DNA of 62,895 bases. It comes from Nitrospirota bacterium (GTDB taxonomy: Bacteria > Nitrospirota > Nitrospiria > 2-01-FULL-66-17). The DNA is taken from positions 1-62,895 of the forward strand of contig JACQCD010000085.1 of assembly GCA_016201825.1 (NCBI GenBank). The letters are read 5' to 3'. Under the pieces are notes generated by a model, which was given only the letters and a program-made list of their open reading frames with translations, was not told where the DNA came from and did no database searches. The first letter of the stretch is position 1; the number at the start of each line of letters is the position of its first letter. Made by a program: the position numbers and the translations under genes. Shown piece by piece: positions 52,237 through 61,996 of this stretch.

Positions 52237-52696
52237 AGATTACTGATGTTGAGGTGGTGCGTGCCCCGTATCATTGGGGCTATGGAAGGCGGCAGATATC
52301 AGATAGAGTCTGACAAGTCGCCGTACCTTACTCCCATTCGGCTCCTTATCGGCACGTGGCTATGGTCTTCGATTCTCGGACATGCATAGGGCGCTTTGCA
52401 TCGAGAATAGCAGCAGTTTTCTAGCTCGCGAATACAGGCTTCAACCCAAGTTACTAGGTCCAGCGTTGCATGAGGTAGGAATAATGAATCTCAGCTCACG
52501 GGATCAACGTTTCTCTTGCTAAGTATTGTCAACGCGCAGCGGAGAGATATTGGGGGCGCAAGAGGTTAAATCGTAGCCCAAAGGGTGCCAGTGGTCCTGA
52601 TCCAAGTCGATCACTCATGGCCAAGCAGGATAGTGATCAACAGTCATCTCGTAATGGCAGTGCCCATCGTGTTCCGTATTTACAATCAAAAAATGG

Positions 52697-53587
52697 ATGT
52701 CTTTCATGGTTAAAAAGATACTTGAAGTCGGGTATGGCTCGGTCGCTAAAGTGAAAATTGGTGACCGACTTCCATTGACATTCATCGGTGGGCCCTGCGC
52801 AATCGAAAGCCGCGACCATGCCTTCAAAATGGCGGAGTTAATCGGTGAAATCTGCCGTCGTGTTGGTATCTCGTGGATTTATAAGTCTTGCTATGACAAG
52901 GATTGCCGATCCTCACCGGACAGCTTCCACGGCCTTGGGGTGGATTTCGGTTTACGCGTTCTTGCCGACATACGGGAGGAATTTGGGATTCCAGTGGTCT
53001 CAGATTTCTCTGAGCCATCCCGGGGGCCTGCGACTGGGGAAGTCTGCGATATGGTGCAGGTGCCGGCTTATCTGTGCAGGCAGACGTCCATGCTCCGAGC
53101 CGCTGCGCTGACGAATCGGCCTGTTCATCTGAAAAAAGGCCAATTTATGAGCCCTTGGAACATGAAGAACTCGGTTCGGAAAATTGAGGCAAACGGCAAT
53201 CATCAAGTTCTTTTGGCTGACCGGGGAACCTTTATGGGCTACAACATGCTGGTGAACGACATGCGATGCTTCCCCATCATGGCAGAGACGGGTTACCCCG
53301 TCTGTTTCGATGCGACGCACTCGATTCAGCTACCGACCTCCATGGGCAACATCTCGGGTGGGCAGCGAGAGTTTATTCCCCATCTGGTTCGAGCGGCTGC
53401 GGGCTGTGGCATCAACGCCCTGTTCATGGAGGTGCATGACGATCCCGATAATGCGATGTCGGATGCCAACACGGTGCTGGATATCCAGTATCTGGAAAAC
53501 ATTCTCGGCCAAGCCAAGGCCGTACACGAGATGCGCCTTGAACTGCTCGAGAAATATGGAGAAGACAATGTCCACCCAGAAAAATGA
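52697..53587 (+). CDS. kdsA: KDO8P synthase family, metal-dependent type, with variant substrate motif
   Basis: GGPCAIES, YDKDCRSS (canonical KANRS), QVPAYLCRQT, KKGQF, DATHSIQ, FMEVH, SDA. Confidence 0.88.
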   Translation: MSFMVKKILEVGYGSVAKVKIGDRLPLTFIGGPCAIESRDHAFKMAELIGEICRRVGISWIYKSCYDKDCRSSPDSFHGLGVDFGLRVLADIREEFGIPVVSDFSEPSRGPATGEVCDMVQVPAYLCRQTSMLRAAALTNRPVHLKKGQFMSPWNMKNSVRKIEANGNHQVLLADRGTFMGYNMLVNDMRCFPIMAETGYPVCFDATHSIQLPTSMGNISGGQREFIPHLVRAAAGCGINALFMEVHDDPDNAMSDANTVLDIQYLENILGQAKAVHEMRLELLEKYGEDNVHPEK

Positions 53588-53993
53588 TGCCATGCTGGTA
53601 AGCGAAGTCATGATGTCGTTAGATCGGATTCCGGTGATCGGCGAGACCGTTATTCTGAAAGAGGCCCTTGAAGAGATGGGTCGATCACGGCTAGGCATTG
53701 CCTGTATTGTGGATGTCGACACCAAGCTATTGGGCATTCTCACGGATGGTGATATACGGCGGAATTTACTCAAGGTCCAAAAACCATTCTCCGCATTTTT
53801 TGTGGACGATGCGCTCGATCATGCCATTCGATCACCTCTGACGATACAGCCGAACGACACCCTGGTGCATGCGATTGGCCTGATGGGCCAAAAACAGATC
53901 TGGGATCTGCCAGTCGTGGATGATCAGGGAACCCTGGTGGGGCTGCTGCACTTACACCCTGCGGTTCAGGCGTTACTCGGAATTCGAGAGTGA
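53568..53993 (+). CDS. CBS-pair protein (like the KdsD/KpsF C-terminal domain, no SIS)
   Basis: GILTDGDIRR, LPVVDD.G.LVGLLHLH. Confidence 0.85.
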   Translation: MSTQKNDAMLVSEVMMSLDRIPVIGETVILKEALEEMGRSRLGIACIVDVDTKLLGILTDGDIRRNLLKVQKPFSAFFVDDALDHAIRSPLTIQPNDTLVHAIGLMGQKQIWDLPVVDDQGTLVGLLHLHPAVQALLGIRE

Positions 53994-54940
53994 TGTACTC
54001 TGGACAAACAGCAATCGATTATCTTGGGACTGAAGTCAGTAAGGACGACTCGGGCGAGTCCTCTCACTGGCGCAAATATCACTCCTCGTTTCGATTTACG
54101 GGGGATGGGTTTGAAGGCTTGCAGGGCTTCGGTGTGAGTGAGAAGCCTTACCGAGGGTTGCGCTTGGGGTTGCACCGCCTGTTACAACGTAGGTTTCGCC
54201 GGATGGGAGCAGAATTTCCCCAATTCACGGCGATTGACAGGCTAGCTGATAAAATAATGTCCCGGCAGGGGCGCGCCTACGATCTGGATGTGCTTCGGCA
54301 GTCGCTCACGCTTGCCTTTTTGAGAGATCGGATTCCTTACGCTATTTCGCCTCAGGCAACGGTTTGCGTGATTGGGGATGGGTTTGCGTCGATGACCGCC
54401 CTGTTGCTCGCCAGCCGTTCGGCAGGTCTGGTTGTGCTGATCAACCTCACGAAAACCTTGCTTGTTGATCTCTGGCATCTCAAACTTTGGATGGGAGAAG
54501 AGGCCTTTGCATCCCGTGTTGATCTTGTCACGGATGAAGAGGGCCTTTCACGTGCGCTCGCGACAACGGCCGATATTGACGGGGGGGGGCGAGTGGTGGC
54601 GATCCAGGCCTCGCGTCATGAGTTGCTGAAGCGATGTCCGGTGGATCTTGTCTTGAACATCGTATCGATGCAGGAAATGGACCCCCCGGTCATTGCGGCC
54701 TATTTCGATGACATGCGCGCCATTGCATCCCAACGGCAACTGGTTTTCTATTGCTGCAATCGCGAGGAGAAGACACTGCCAGACGGCACGGTGACTTGTT
54801 TTGCAGCGTATCCCTGGCACGAAGGCGACCAGATTCTCGTGGATGAGCTTTGCTTATGGCACCAGTTCTACTATGTATTGAGGCCGTTATTTTTCAGACC
54901 CTATGACGGTCCAATTCGACATCGGCTGGTGACTCTCTAA
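53990..54940 (+). CDS. Putative sugar O-methyltransferase
   Basis: VIGDGFA, NIVSMQEM, FYCCNREEK; in-frame G9 tract at 54581-54589. Confidence 0.65.
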   Translation: MMYSGQTAIDYLGTEVSKDDSGESSHWRKYHSSFRFTGDGFEGLQGFGVSEKPYRGLRLGLHRLLQRRFRRMGAEFPQFTAIDRLADKIMSRQGRAYDLDVLRQSLTLAFLRDRIPYAISPQATVCVIGDGFASMTALLLASRSAGLVVLINLTKTLLVDLWHLKLWMGEEAFASRVDLVTDEEGLSRALATTADIDGGGRVVAIQASRHELLKRCPVDLVLNIVSMQEMDPPVIAAYFDDMRAIASQRQLVFYCCNREEKTLPDGTVTCFAAYPWHEGDQILVDELCLWHQFYYVLRPLFFRPYDGPIRHRLVTL

Positions 54941-55138
54941 TGAGGAAGAAATCTAAGTGTTTCACTAATTGACGAGCCTAGTTGCTATCAGCAGGAGATA
55001 AGTAAATGCGGGCATTGAACAACTTTTTAGCTATGAGGATTACAATCCTCATAGCGGATTGTAAGATGTACAGCAGCGCAGGGTATTGTAAGTCCATTCT
55101 ATAGCCATAACCTCTACAAATATGCGGAGTAAGTGTCG

Positions 55139-55921
55139 ATGAAGATTGTCGAACAACGAAAAGTATTGAAAGAGAAATTGCAAAGGCGCGAGCGCCTGTT
55201 CGCGGGCTGGGTGTCATACGCTCAGCCTTCAATTACCGAAACCTTCGCACGCGCAGGTTTCGATTTCATCGCGATTGATATGGAGCACTCCACTATCTCG
55301 CTGGAACAGGCGCAGCGTATTATCGCGGCAAGCCAAAGCGAGGGGGTGCCTTGCCTGCCACGCCCCGTCTCCCATTCGAACGATTGGTTCAAACCTCTGC
55401 TGGAATCGGGTGCGGATGGTCTTTTGGTACAGATGGTAAATACACCGGAAGAGATCGAAGCCATTATTGGCCACCTGAAATACCCTTCAGTCGGACGCAG
55501 AAGTTATGGCGTGAATCGCGCCCAAGCCTATGGTTTTGACTTCGATAGCTACATACAGAACTGGAACGAGACCTCGACCTTTATTATCCAGGTCGAGTCG
55601 ATTCGGGCGGTCGAGAATATTGAGAAGCTTTTAGCCTTTGATGAAGTCGATGGAGTGATGATTGGGCCCTACGACATCTCCGGGTCGCTCGGCGTACCGG
55701 GCCAGACCACACATCCTCTGGTGATTGAGGCTTCACGCAAGGTGATCGCAGCCTGCGAACGCTTCGGCAAGAGCTGCGGAACACAGGTGGCCGATGCATC
55801 TCCAGACAGTGTTCAGGCCTTGTTTGACTTGGGCCATACCTTCGCCATTTTGGGCTCCGATCTGTTTGTGCTGTGGAAGTGGGCAGAACAGATGCAGGGC
55901 TTGATCAAATCCATGCGTTAA
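55139..55921 (+). CDS. HpcH/HpaI class II aldolase
   Basis: FDFIAIDMEHS, QVESIRAVEN, MIGPYDISGSLG, LGSD. Confidence 0.92.
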   Translation: MKIVEQRKVLKEKLQRRERLFAGWVSYAQPSITETFARAGFDFIAIDMEHSTISLEQAQRIIAASQSEGVPCLPRPVSHSNDWFKPLLESGADGLLVQMVNTPEEIEAIIGHLKYPSVGRRSYGVNRAQAYGFDFDSYIQNWNETSTFIIQVESIRAVENIEKLLAFDEVDGVMIGPYDISGSLGVPGQTTHPLVIEASRKVIAACERFGKSCGTQVADASPDSVQALFDLGHTFAILGSDLFVLWKWAEQMQGLIKSMR

Positions 55922-55939
55922 TACTTTTGGGACTGGTTT

Positions 55940-56722
55940 GTGAATTCCTATCTGAATGAATTGTTCAATTTAGAAGGCAAGGTCGCCGTAGTGATTGGCG
56001 CGGGTGGTCACTTGTGCAGTGAGATGGCTCGGGGCTTCGCCCGGGCGGGCTGTGCAGTGGCTGTGCTCGACCTAAGGCTTGAAAAGGCGAAAGCCGTTGA
56101 GGATGAGTTGAGGGCCGCAGGCTTTGATCGTGTCATGTCGCTTGCCATTGATGTTGCCAAAAAACAGGAGCACCTCGATGCGCTGGCGCAGGTCCTCTCA
56201 ACCTTTGGCCAGGTCGATATTTTGGTGAATGGCGCCGGCATCAACGGCCCCACGCCTTTTCTGGAGCTGACCCTTGAGGAGTGGTACGCCATTCTTGACT
56301 CTCAGCTCACAGGCGCCTTTCTCGGCTGCCAGGTCTTTGGCGGTTACATGGTAGAGTGGGGCCGTGGGTCCATTATCAACATCTCATCGGCCTCGGCCGG
56401 CCCACCGCTTTCCAAAGCCTTCACCTACTCGGTTGCCAAGGCCGGCATCAAGAACCTGACGCAGAACCTTGGCCGTGAGTGGGGAACGAAGGGCGTTCGG
56501 GTCAATGCGTTGCGTCCCGGTTTCTTTCCAACTGAGTGGAATCGCAAGAATTTCATCACCCCCGAGCGCGAGGCCGCTATTCTTGGGCATACCCCGATGG
56601 CACGGTATGGAGAGCCAAGTGAACTGATTGGTGCCACTTTGTGGCTGGCATCCGATGCAGCCGGTTTTGTCACCGGTGCCGAGATTGCTGTTGATGGCGG
56701 ATTTTCCTGTATGACCATCTAA
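55940..56722 (+). CDS. SDR oxidoreductase (KduD/gluconate-5-dehydrogenase-like)
   Basis: VNGAGIN, YSVAK, NALRPGFF, VDGG. Confidence 0.88.
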   Translation: MNSYLNELFNLEGKVAVVIGAGGHLCSEMARGFARAGCAVAVLDLRLEKAKAVEDELRAAGFDRVMSLAIDVAKKQEHLDALAQVLSTFGQVDILVNGAGINGPTPFLELTLEEWYAILDSQLTGAFLGCQVFGGYMVEWGRGSIINISSASAGPPLSKAFTYSVAKAGIKNLTQNLGREWGTKGVRVNALRPGFFPTEWNRKNFITPEREAAILGHTPMARYGEPSELIGATLWLASDAAGFVTGAEIAVDGGFSCMTI

Positions 56723-56774
56723 GGTCTGTGAACATTTTCTGATAGGGCCTTGTCACCCATTCTGGAATAGAAAC

Positions 56775-57524
56775 ATGCAGCGAAAAACAGTAGTCATCAC
56801 GGGTGGAAACCGTGGGATCGGCCTCAGCATTACGGAAGCTTTTATCAATGCTGGCTATTTTGTGATCGTCGGTGCGCGTCATGAGATGGGGTTGAGTAGC
56901 CGGTTTGGTGATCAAGTCAGCTTTATTTCTGCGGATGTTCGAGACGAAGCAGCTCATCGCCGATTGGTGGATGTCGCAGTCAAAAAGACGGGAACCCTGA
57001 ATGTGTACATCAATAATGCAGGCTTCTCCGAATGGAGGCCGATTGAGAAGATTGATGAAAAGTTTTTTGATGATCTGATCGGAACCAATCTGAAGGGAGC
57101 TTTCTGGGGGTGTAAGGCCGCCTCAAGTGCCATGCAGGATGGGGGGTGCATCATCAATATCTCAAGCATTGCCGGCAAACGTGGGAGTGCTAACAACTCG
57201 GCGTATTGCGCGTCCAAGTTTGGGGTGAATGGGCTGACTCAGGCGCTTGCTAAAGAAGTCGGGCCTCGTGGAATTCGTGTGAATGCCCTCTGCCCGGTAT
57301 TGATTCCTACGGATGGGCTGATCGACGCATTAAAGAGTCCTTTTTCCCCGGCCAAGGGGGACCCAGAGGGATTTATCTCCAAGTTTATAGCGGACAATGC
57401 CGCACTAAAGCGGCTTCCAACCGGAGAGGAGGTGGCTGCGATGGGTCTGTTTTTGGCCTCTGAGTCAGCATCTGCGATGACCGGGCAATGCATTAATGTG
57501 GACTGCGGTGTCTTTCCTCAGTGA
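56775..57524 (+). CDS. SDR oxidoreductase
   Basis: TGGNRGIG, NNAG, YCASK. Confidence 0.9.
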   Translation: MQRKTVVITGGNRGIGLSITEAFINAGYFVIVGARHEMGLSSRFGDQVSFISADVRDEAAHRRLVDVAVKKTGTLNVYINNAGFSEWRPIEKIDEKFFDDLIGTNLKGAFWGCKAASSAMQDGGCIINISSIAGKRGSANNSAYCASKFGVNGLTQALAKEVGPRGIRVNALCPVLIPTDGLIDALKSPFSPAKGDPEGFISKFIADNAALKRLPTGEEVAAMGLFLASESASAMTGQCINVDCGVFPQ

Positions 57525-57537
57525 TGAGTTCACGCAA

Positions 57538-58302
57538 ATGAAGATCGTTGCCGTAATTCCGGCACACCTCGCGTCAGTCAGGTTTCCTCGGAAAATCCTG
57601 TTTCCCTTTCATGGGCTACCCATGATTGAGCATGTGCGTCGGCGTACGTTGCTCTCTGGTGTTGTATCAGATGTGTATGTAGCGACCTGCGATGAGGAGA
57701 TCGCCGAAGCAGTCCGCGGATTTGGTGGAAAGGTCATCATGACGGCAAATACGCACACCAATGGCACCAGCCGGGTTACTGAGGCGGTAAAGGACGTTGA
57801 CTGCACCCATGTGATGCTGCTGCAGGGCGATGAACCGCTGTTGTTGCCTCGTCACCTGGATATTTTAGTGAAAACGATTTCCTCTGAACCCGGGGGCGAC
57901 GCCTGGAATGCCACCGGACCTATCGAGAACGAGGAGGAACTGGACCGTCATTCCTTTGTGAAGTGTGCCATTTCGTCGTCTGGGCGCATTCTGTATTGTT
58001 TCCGTCGAACGCCCTGCTACAGTGCCTTCGATGTGCAGCAGTCTTTCGTGAGGAAGATCCTTGGGATCATTGTCTATCGCAAGGACTTCTTGCTGCATCT
58101 CACGGCGCTTTCTGCCTCACCGATCGAGCAGGCTGAGTTTATTGAGCAAATGCGCATCATTGATAACGGCTACAGCTTGCGCTCTATCCCCGTCAGTCCG
58201 AGCCTGCCCTCGGTAAATGAGCCTGACGAGGCAGAGATCGTGCTAGATTACATTCGACACAATGCTGAACAACGGGCGCTGCTGGAACGGATTTCGAGTT
58301 GA
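57538..58302 (+). CDS. kdsB: KdsB-family ulosonate cytidylyltransferase
   Basis: VIPAHLASVRFPRK, NGTSRV, LQGDEPL, EQMR..DNG, SVNEPDE. Confidence 0.85.
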   Translation: MKIVAVIPAHLASVRFPRKILFPFHGLPMIEHVRRRTLLSGVVSDVYVATCDEEIAEAVRGFGGKVIMTANTHTNGTSRVTEAVKDVDCTHVMLLQGDEPLLLPRHLDILVKTISSEPGGDAWNATGPIENEEELDRHSFVKCAISSSGRILYCFRRTPCYSAFDVQQSFVRKILGIIVYRKDFLLHLTALSASPIEQAEFIEQMRIIDNGYSLRSIPVSPSLPSVNEPDEAEIVLDYIRHNAEQRALLERISS

Positions 58303-58410
58303 GCAGGATTAAAAGGGTTGTTCTGGTTGTGAGGCGGGATTCGGTTTGAACGAAGAACAATATCGATCGGTCTGCGAGGCCTGCGATCGCCTGCTGCTGG
58401 CGCCGGATTC

Positions 58411-59353
58411 GATGATCGTTCACGCCGCGTGTTACACGAAGCGGGGTTTGAAGTCCGGGAACATACGTCGGGCGCGCGGCTTCGGCGCCAAGAAATGATG
58501 GCGGCGCTGCGCGAAGCGGATACCGTGCTCGCCGGAGTCAAATCGTATGACACGGAACTCCTGGCCGCGATACCGCGGCTCCGCTGTATCAGTCGCTGCG
58601 GCATCGGGAAGAATTCGATTGCCCTCTCTGCAACACAGCGGCTGGGCGTCTCGGTGCTGACCACCGTCGACGAGATCGTCGAACCCGTGGCGCAGATGAC
58701 CATCGCAATGATCCTGGCTCTTGCCCGTCATTTCCCTGAGCACGGTCGGGACTTCCAAGCCGGTGTCTGGAAGAAACACACCGGCCATCTGCTATCGGAG
58801 TGGACGGTTGGCCTCGTCGGGTTTGGGCGTATCGGCCGCATGGTGGAAGGATATCTGCGCGTCTTCGGACCGCGCGTGCTGGTCGCAGACCCCAACCTCC
58901 AGGCCGACCGCATACCCCCCGGCGTCGAACGAGTGGATCTTGCCACCCTGTTGGCCAGAGCCGATCTGGTGTCCCTGCACGCGGCTCGGCCGGCGCACGA
59001 AAGCGTGTTGCTCGGACGACGCGAGATCTCCGCGATGAAGGCAGGCAGTCGGTTGGTCAATACCGAAAGAGGATACCTGATTGATGAGTCGGGGCTCGTT
59101 GAGGCCTTGCAGTCGGGACATCTTGCCGGCGCCGCATTAGACGTCTTCGACAGACGTCTTCGACACCGAGCCGTATCGGGGGCCCCTGGCCGCGTTCCCT
59201 CAGGTCTTGTGCACGCCACATGTAGCGACGTTGACCAAGGCGTCACGGGTCGCGATGGAGCTTCGCTGTGCCTCGAACGTGGTCGAATGGTTCCAGGGGA
59301 GAAGCCGTGCATCCAATGCTGTGAGCGGAAAACGGGAGACGACGCATGCCTAG
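58411..59353 (+). pseudogene. D-2-hydroxyacid (phosphoglycerate-type) dehydrogenase, 5'-truncated and frameshifted by a 13-bp duplication
   Basis: GLVGFGRIG, VNTERG, ALDVF; removing the duplication restores DTEPYRGPL...CTPHVATLT...TAG 59353; no start codon in frame upstream. Confidence 0.85.
59139..59164 (+). repeat. 13-bp tandem duplication AGACGTCTTCGAC x2
   Basis: Direct read. Confidence 0.95.
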
Positions 59354-60455
59354 TCATCCCGTGACGGTGCTGATGCCCGTTTACAACGGTGGTGATTATC
59401 TCAGGCAGTCGATCCGAAGCGTCTTGGATCAGACGTTCGGGGATTTTGAATTACTGATCGTCAATGATTGCAGCACGGACGATTCCGTCAAGGTGATCGA
59501 ATCGTTTCACGATCCGCGCATTGTGATCCACCACAACGAGAAGAACCTGGGGCAGACGAAGTCGCTCAACGTGGGATTGAAGCGCGTGCGGAGCCCCTAC
59601 ATCGCGCGTTTGGACGCCGATGATATGGCGTGCCCGCGATGGCTTGAGACCTTATTCGGTTTCCTCCAAACCCATCCTGACTGTGTGGTGGTCGGGGCAT
59701 CGAGCATTATTATCGACGCGGGCGGAACAGGCCGACGCATTTTTCGTAAACCCACTGAACCGTCTGAGATTCTGGCGTACTTCCTCTGTGATACTCCCTT
59801 GATCCACGGGTCCGTCATGATGAGAGCGGATGCGATTGCTGAGGTGGGTGGCTATAACGAAGAATTCGTGGTCTGTCAGGATTATGAATTGTGGTCCGCT
59901 CTCATGCGGAAGAATCGAGTCATTCGCAACGTCCCGGATATTCTCGTCAAAATACGATTTTACGATGACTCGACCTGTAGTCGGCAACGGGATCGGCTCG
60001 TGTTTGAGTCGGCAACCACTTTGCACCGAAATATCGGGACGATGACAGACCTTACGATTGGGTTGGATGAGGCATCACGGCTCTTTCGCTTTCTTCTGTG
60101 TCCTGAGACGTTGAGCGAACAGGAGTTTCGATTGGCCGAAGAACTCTTCAAAGCCCAGTACCGCCATTTGAAGGCTCCCTATGAGTGCGGGGCGACGACG
60201 GTCGAAGCCCACACCAGAGCAAGGCTGGGCAGATCGTACAGCAAACGGGCGATTGCAGCCATGCAGGCTGGGAATCTTATGGAAGCTCGATCCATCGCGT
60301 CCGATTACCATCGTCGCTACGGTTTCCAGACTCAGTTATTCATGATTAACCTCCTGTCGTACCTGGCCAAAGGATGGGCGTCCCAGATTGCAACGAGATA
60401 TCGCAGTTGGCAGGAAATGATGGGCTGGGTGCCGTTGATGTTGGCGGGAAGGTAA
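59346..60455 (+). CDS. GT2 glycosyltransferase
   Basis: VTVLMPVYN, NDCSTD, ARLDADD, QDYELW. Confidence 0.92.
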   Translation: MPSHPVTVLMPVYNGGDYLRQSIRSVLDQTFGDFELLIVNDCSTDDSVKVIESFHDPRIVIHHNEKNLGQTKSLNVGLKRVRSPYIARLDADDMACPRWLETLFGFLQTHPDCVVVGASSIIIDAGGTGRRIFRKPTEPSEILAYFLCDTPLIHGSVMMRADAIAEVGGYNEEFVVCQDYELWSALMRKNRVIRNVPDILVKIRFYDDSTCSRQRDRLVFESATTLHRNIGTMTDLTIGLDEASRLFRFLLCPETLSEQEFRLAEELFKAQYRHLKAPYECGATTVEAHTRARLGRSYSKRAIAAMQAGNLMEARSIASDYHRRYGFQTQLFMINLLSYLAKGWASQIATRYRSWQEMMGWVPLMLAGR

Positions 60456-60559
60456 AGTAGCGTGTTGTGTAGCACAGTGCAACGAGGCTCAGGGGATGTT
60501 TGGTGGTAACGAGGTCCTTGGTCGCTGAACAGCAGCCGAACCGCGAAGTCAGTCGCCGA

Positions 60560-61996
60560 ATGAGCCGACCAGCGTTTCTGGTGATCACGGCTGTTATCGT
60601 CTTCTTGTATTTCGAATTGCAATGGCAACTATGGTTTGTTCGGTTACTGAACGGGTATCTAGTCAAGGTGTGGCTCCCGCCGTTCCTGTTGCTATGGGCG
60701 ATGGTGTTGCGGAAGCTGATGACGTCGAGAAGTGGTTCGAAACAGACGTTGACGACGAATCCGATCTTGACTGCTTCGCTCTGTTTGTATGCGCTGTTTG
60801 GGTTCGCGTCGATGTGTCTCAATGAGACACTGTACTTTGCGATCAAATATTATTTGATCATCGTCAACCCCGTCGTCCTATTCATGGTGATCGTCGAGCA
60901 GTTTCGAGACAACCGGGACATCGAGACGTTTCTGAAGGTGCTTTTTCTTTGTGGTCTCATCCAGGCATCCTATTCGGTCTACACGTTTGAAACATGGCTG
61001 GCTGCTGGCCAACCGCCGCGAGAGGGTGTGGTCACCAACAAGGGCAATGTGTTGGGAGGGCCTGACACGGCGGTGTTTTACAGCCCCTACCACCGCGCGA
61101 ATTTTCCCAGGTTTACGGATTTTAGTTTCGAGCAGGGGAAGTTCGCTGCCATCCTGTTTCCGTTGGTTGTGTTAGGTCTCTCCTATGGATTGGGGTCCCG
61201 TCGCCTGACGCGGTACGGTTACTGGGGGGTAAGCCTCTTTGTCGGATACCTGATCGTTGCGACGATTTCGCGGGGGGCGATTCTTGCGTCGATGCTCGGC
61301 TTAGGCGTGTTCTTCTGGTGGATGGTCAAATGTCGACTCGCGAAGTGGCGGCTCATTGCGGCGGTCGTCGCTCTAGCTGCCTTGTACACGATTTTGTCGG
61401 ATTCGACGTTCTTCTTTCGGATTCTCTCTTTACTCGCGTCGGTGCCGGGGATCTCCAGCATGCCGTTTCTCAGGGGCGTGCTCGACGCGTATCACATTCC
61501 CATCCAGATGGATCCGCATGTCCTCAGCGTGTTCACGACGCTCGAACATGTTCAACAACACCCGATTTTCGGCGTCGGGTATACGGGAATGCGCTTTGGA
61601 GAGACAATCGATACCCCAGAATTGAACCGGTATTTGGCCATCCTCGGCTCGTCCGGCTTGGCAACCGCGGTTCCATACCTCGTGTTCGTGCTCTCGCTGA
61701 TTGTCATCAGTTGGAGGACGATTGGGAAGTTATATCGTCACCACCGCCCTGGAGTGGAGTTGGGTATTGTCTTGCTGACGTGTATTTCCATGTTCGCCAT
61801 CAAGTTGAATAACGAAGGTCAGGAATCCTTGTATTATTGGGTGTTCTTCGCGCTGACAGCGGCCTGGATTCGAAACAGCCGCCGTTTCATAGAGCCCGCT
61901 CGGACAGAGAGCCGGCATGCACCGGGGGAGACGAGACCGCGCGGCTTGGCGAGGAGGACCGTCTATTATGGCGTCGTCCGTGAATTCCGCGGGTAA
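60560..61996 (+). CDS. Wzy/WaaL-family O-antigen polymerase or ligase
   Basis: About 11 TM segments; TISRGA, HPIFGVG; the last codons read into an IS end. Confidence 0.7.
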   Translation: MSRPAFLVITAVIVFLYFELQWQLWFVRLLNGYLVKVWLPPFLLLWAMVLRKLMTSRSGSKQTLTTNPILTASLCLYALFGFASMCLNETLYFAIKYYLIIVNPVVLFMVIVEQFRDNRDIETFLKVLFLCGLIQASYSVYTFETWLAAGQPPREGVVTNKGNVLGGPDTAVFYSPYHRANFPRFTDFSFEQGKFAAILFPLVVLGLSYGLGSRRLTRYGYWGVSLFVGYLIVATISRGAILASMLGLGVFFWWMVKCRLAKWRLIAAVVALAALYTILSDSTFFFRILSLLASVPGISSMPFLRGVLDAYHIPIQMDPHVLSVFTTLEHVQQHPIFGVGYTGMRFGETIDTPELNRYLAILGSSGLATAVPYLVFVLSLIVISWRTIGKLYRHHRPGVELGIVLLTCISMFAIKLNNEGQESLYYWVFFALTAAWIRNSRRFIEPARTESRHAPGETRPRGLARRTVYYGVVREFRG

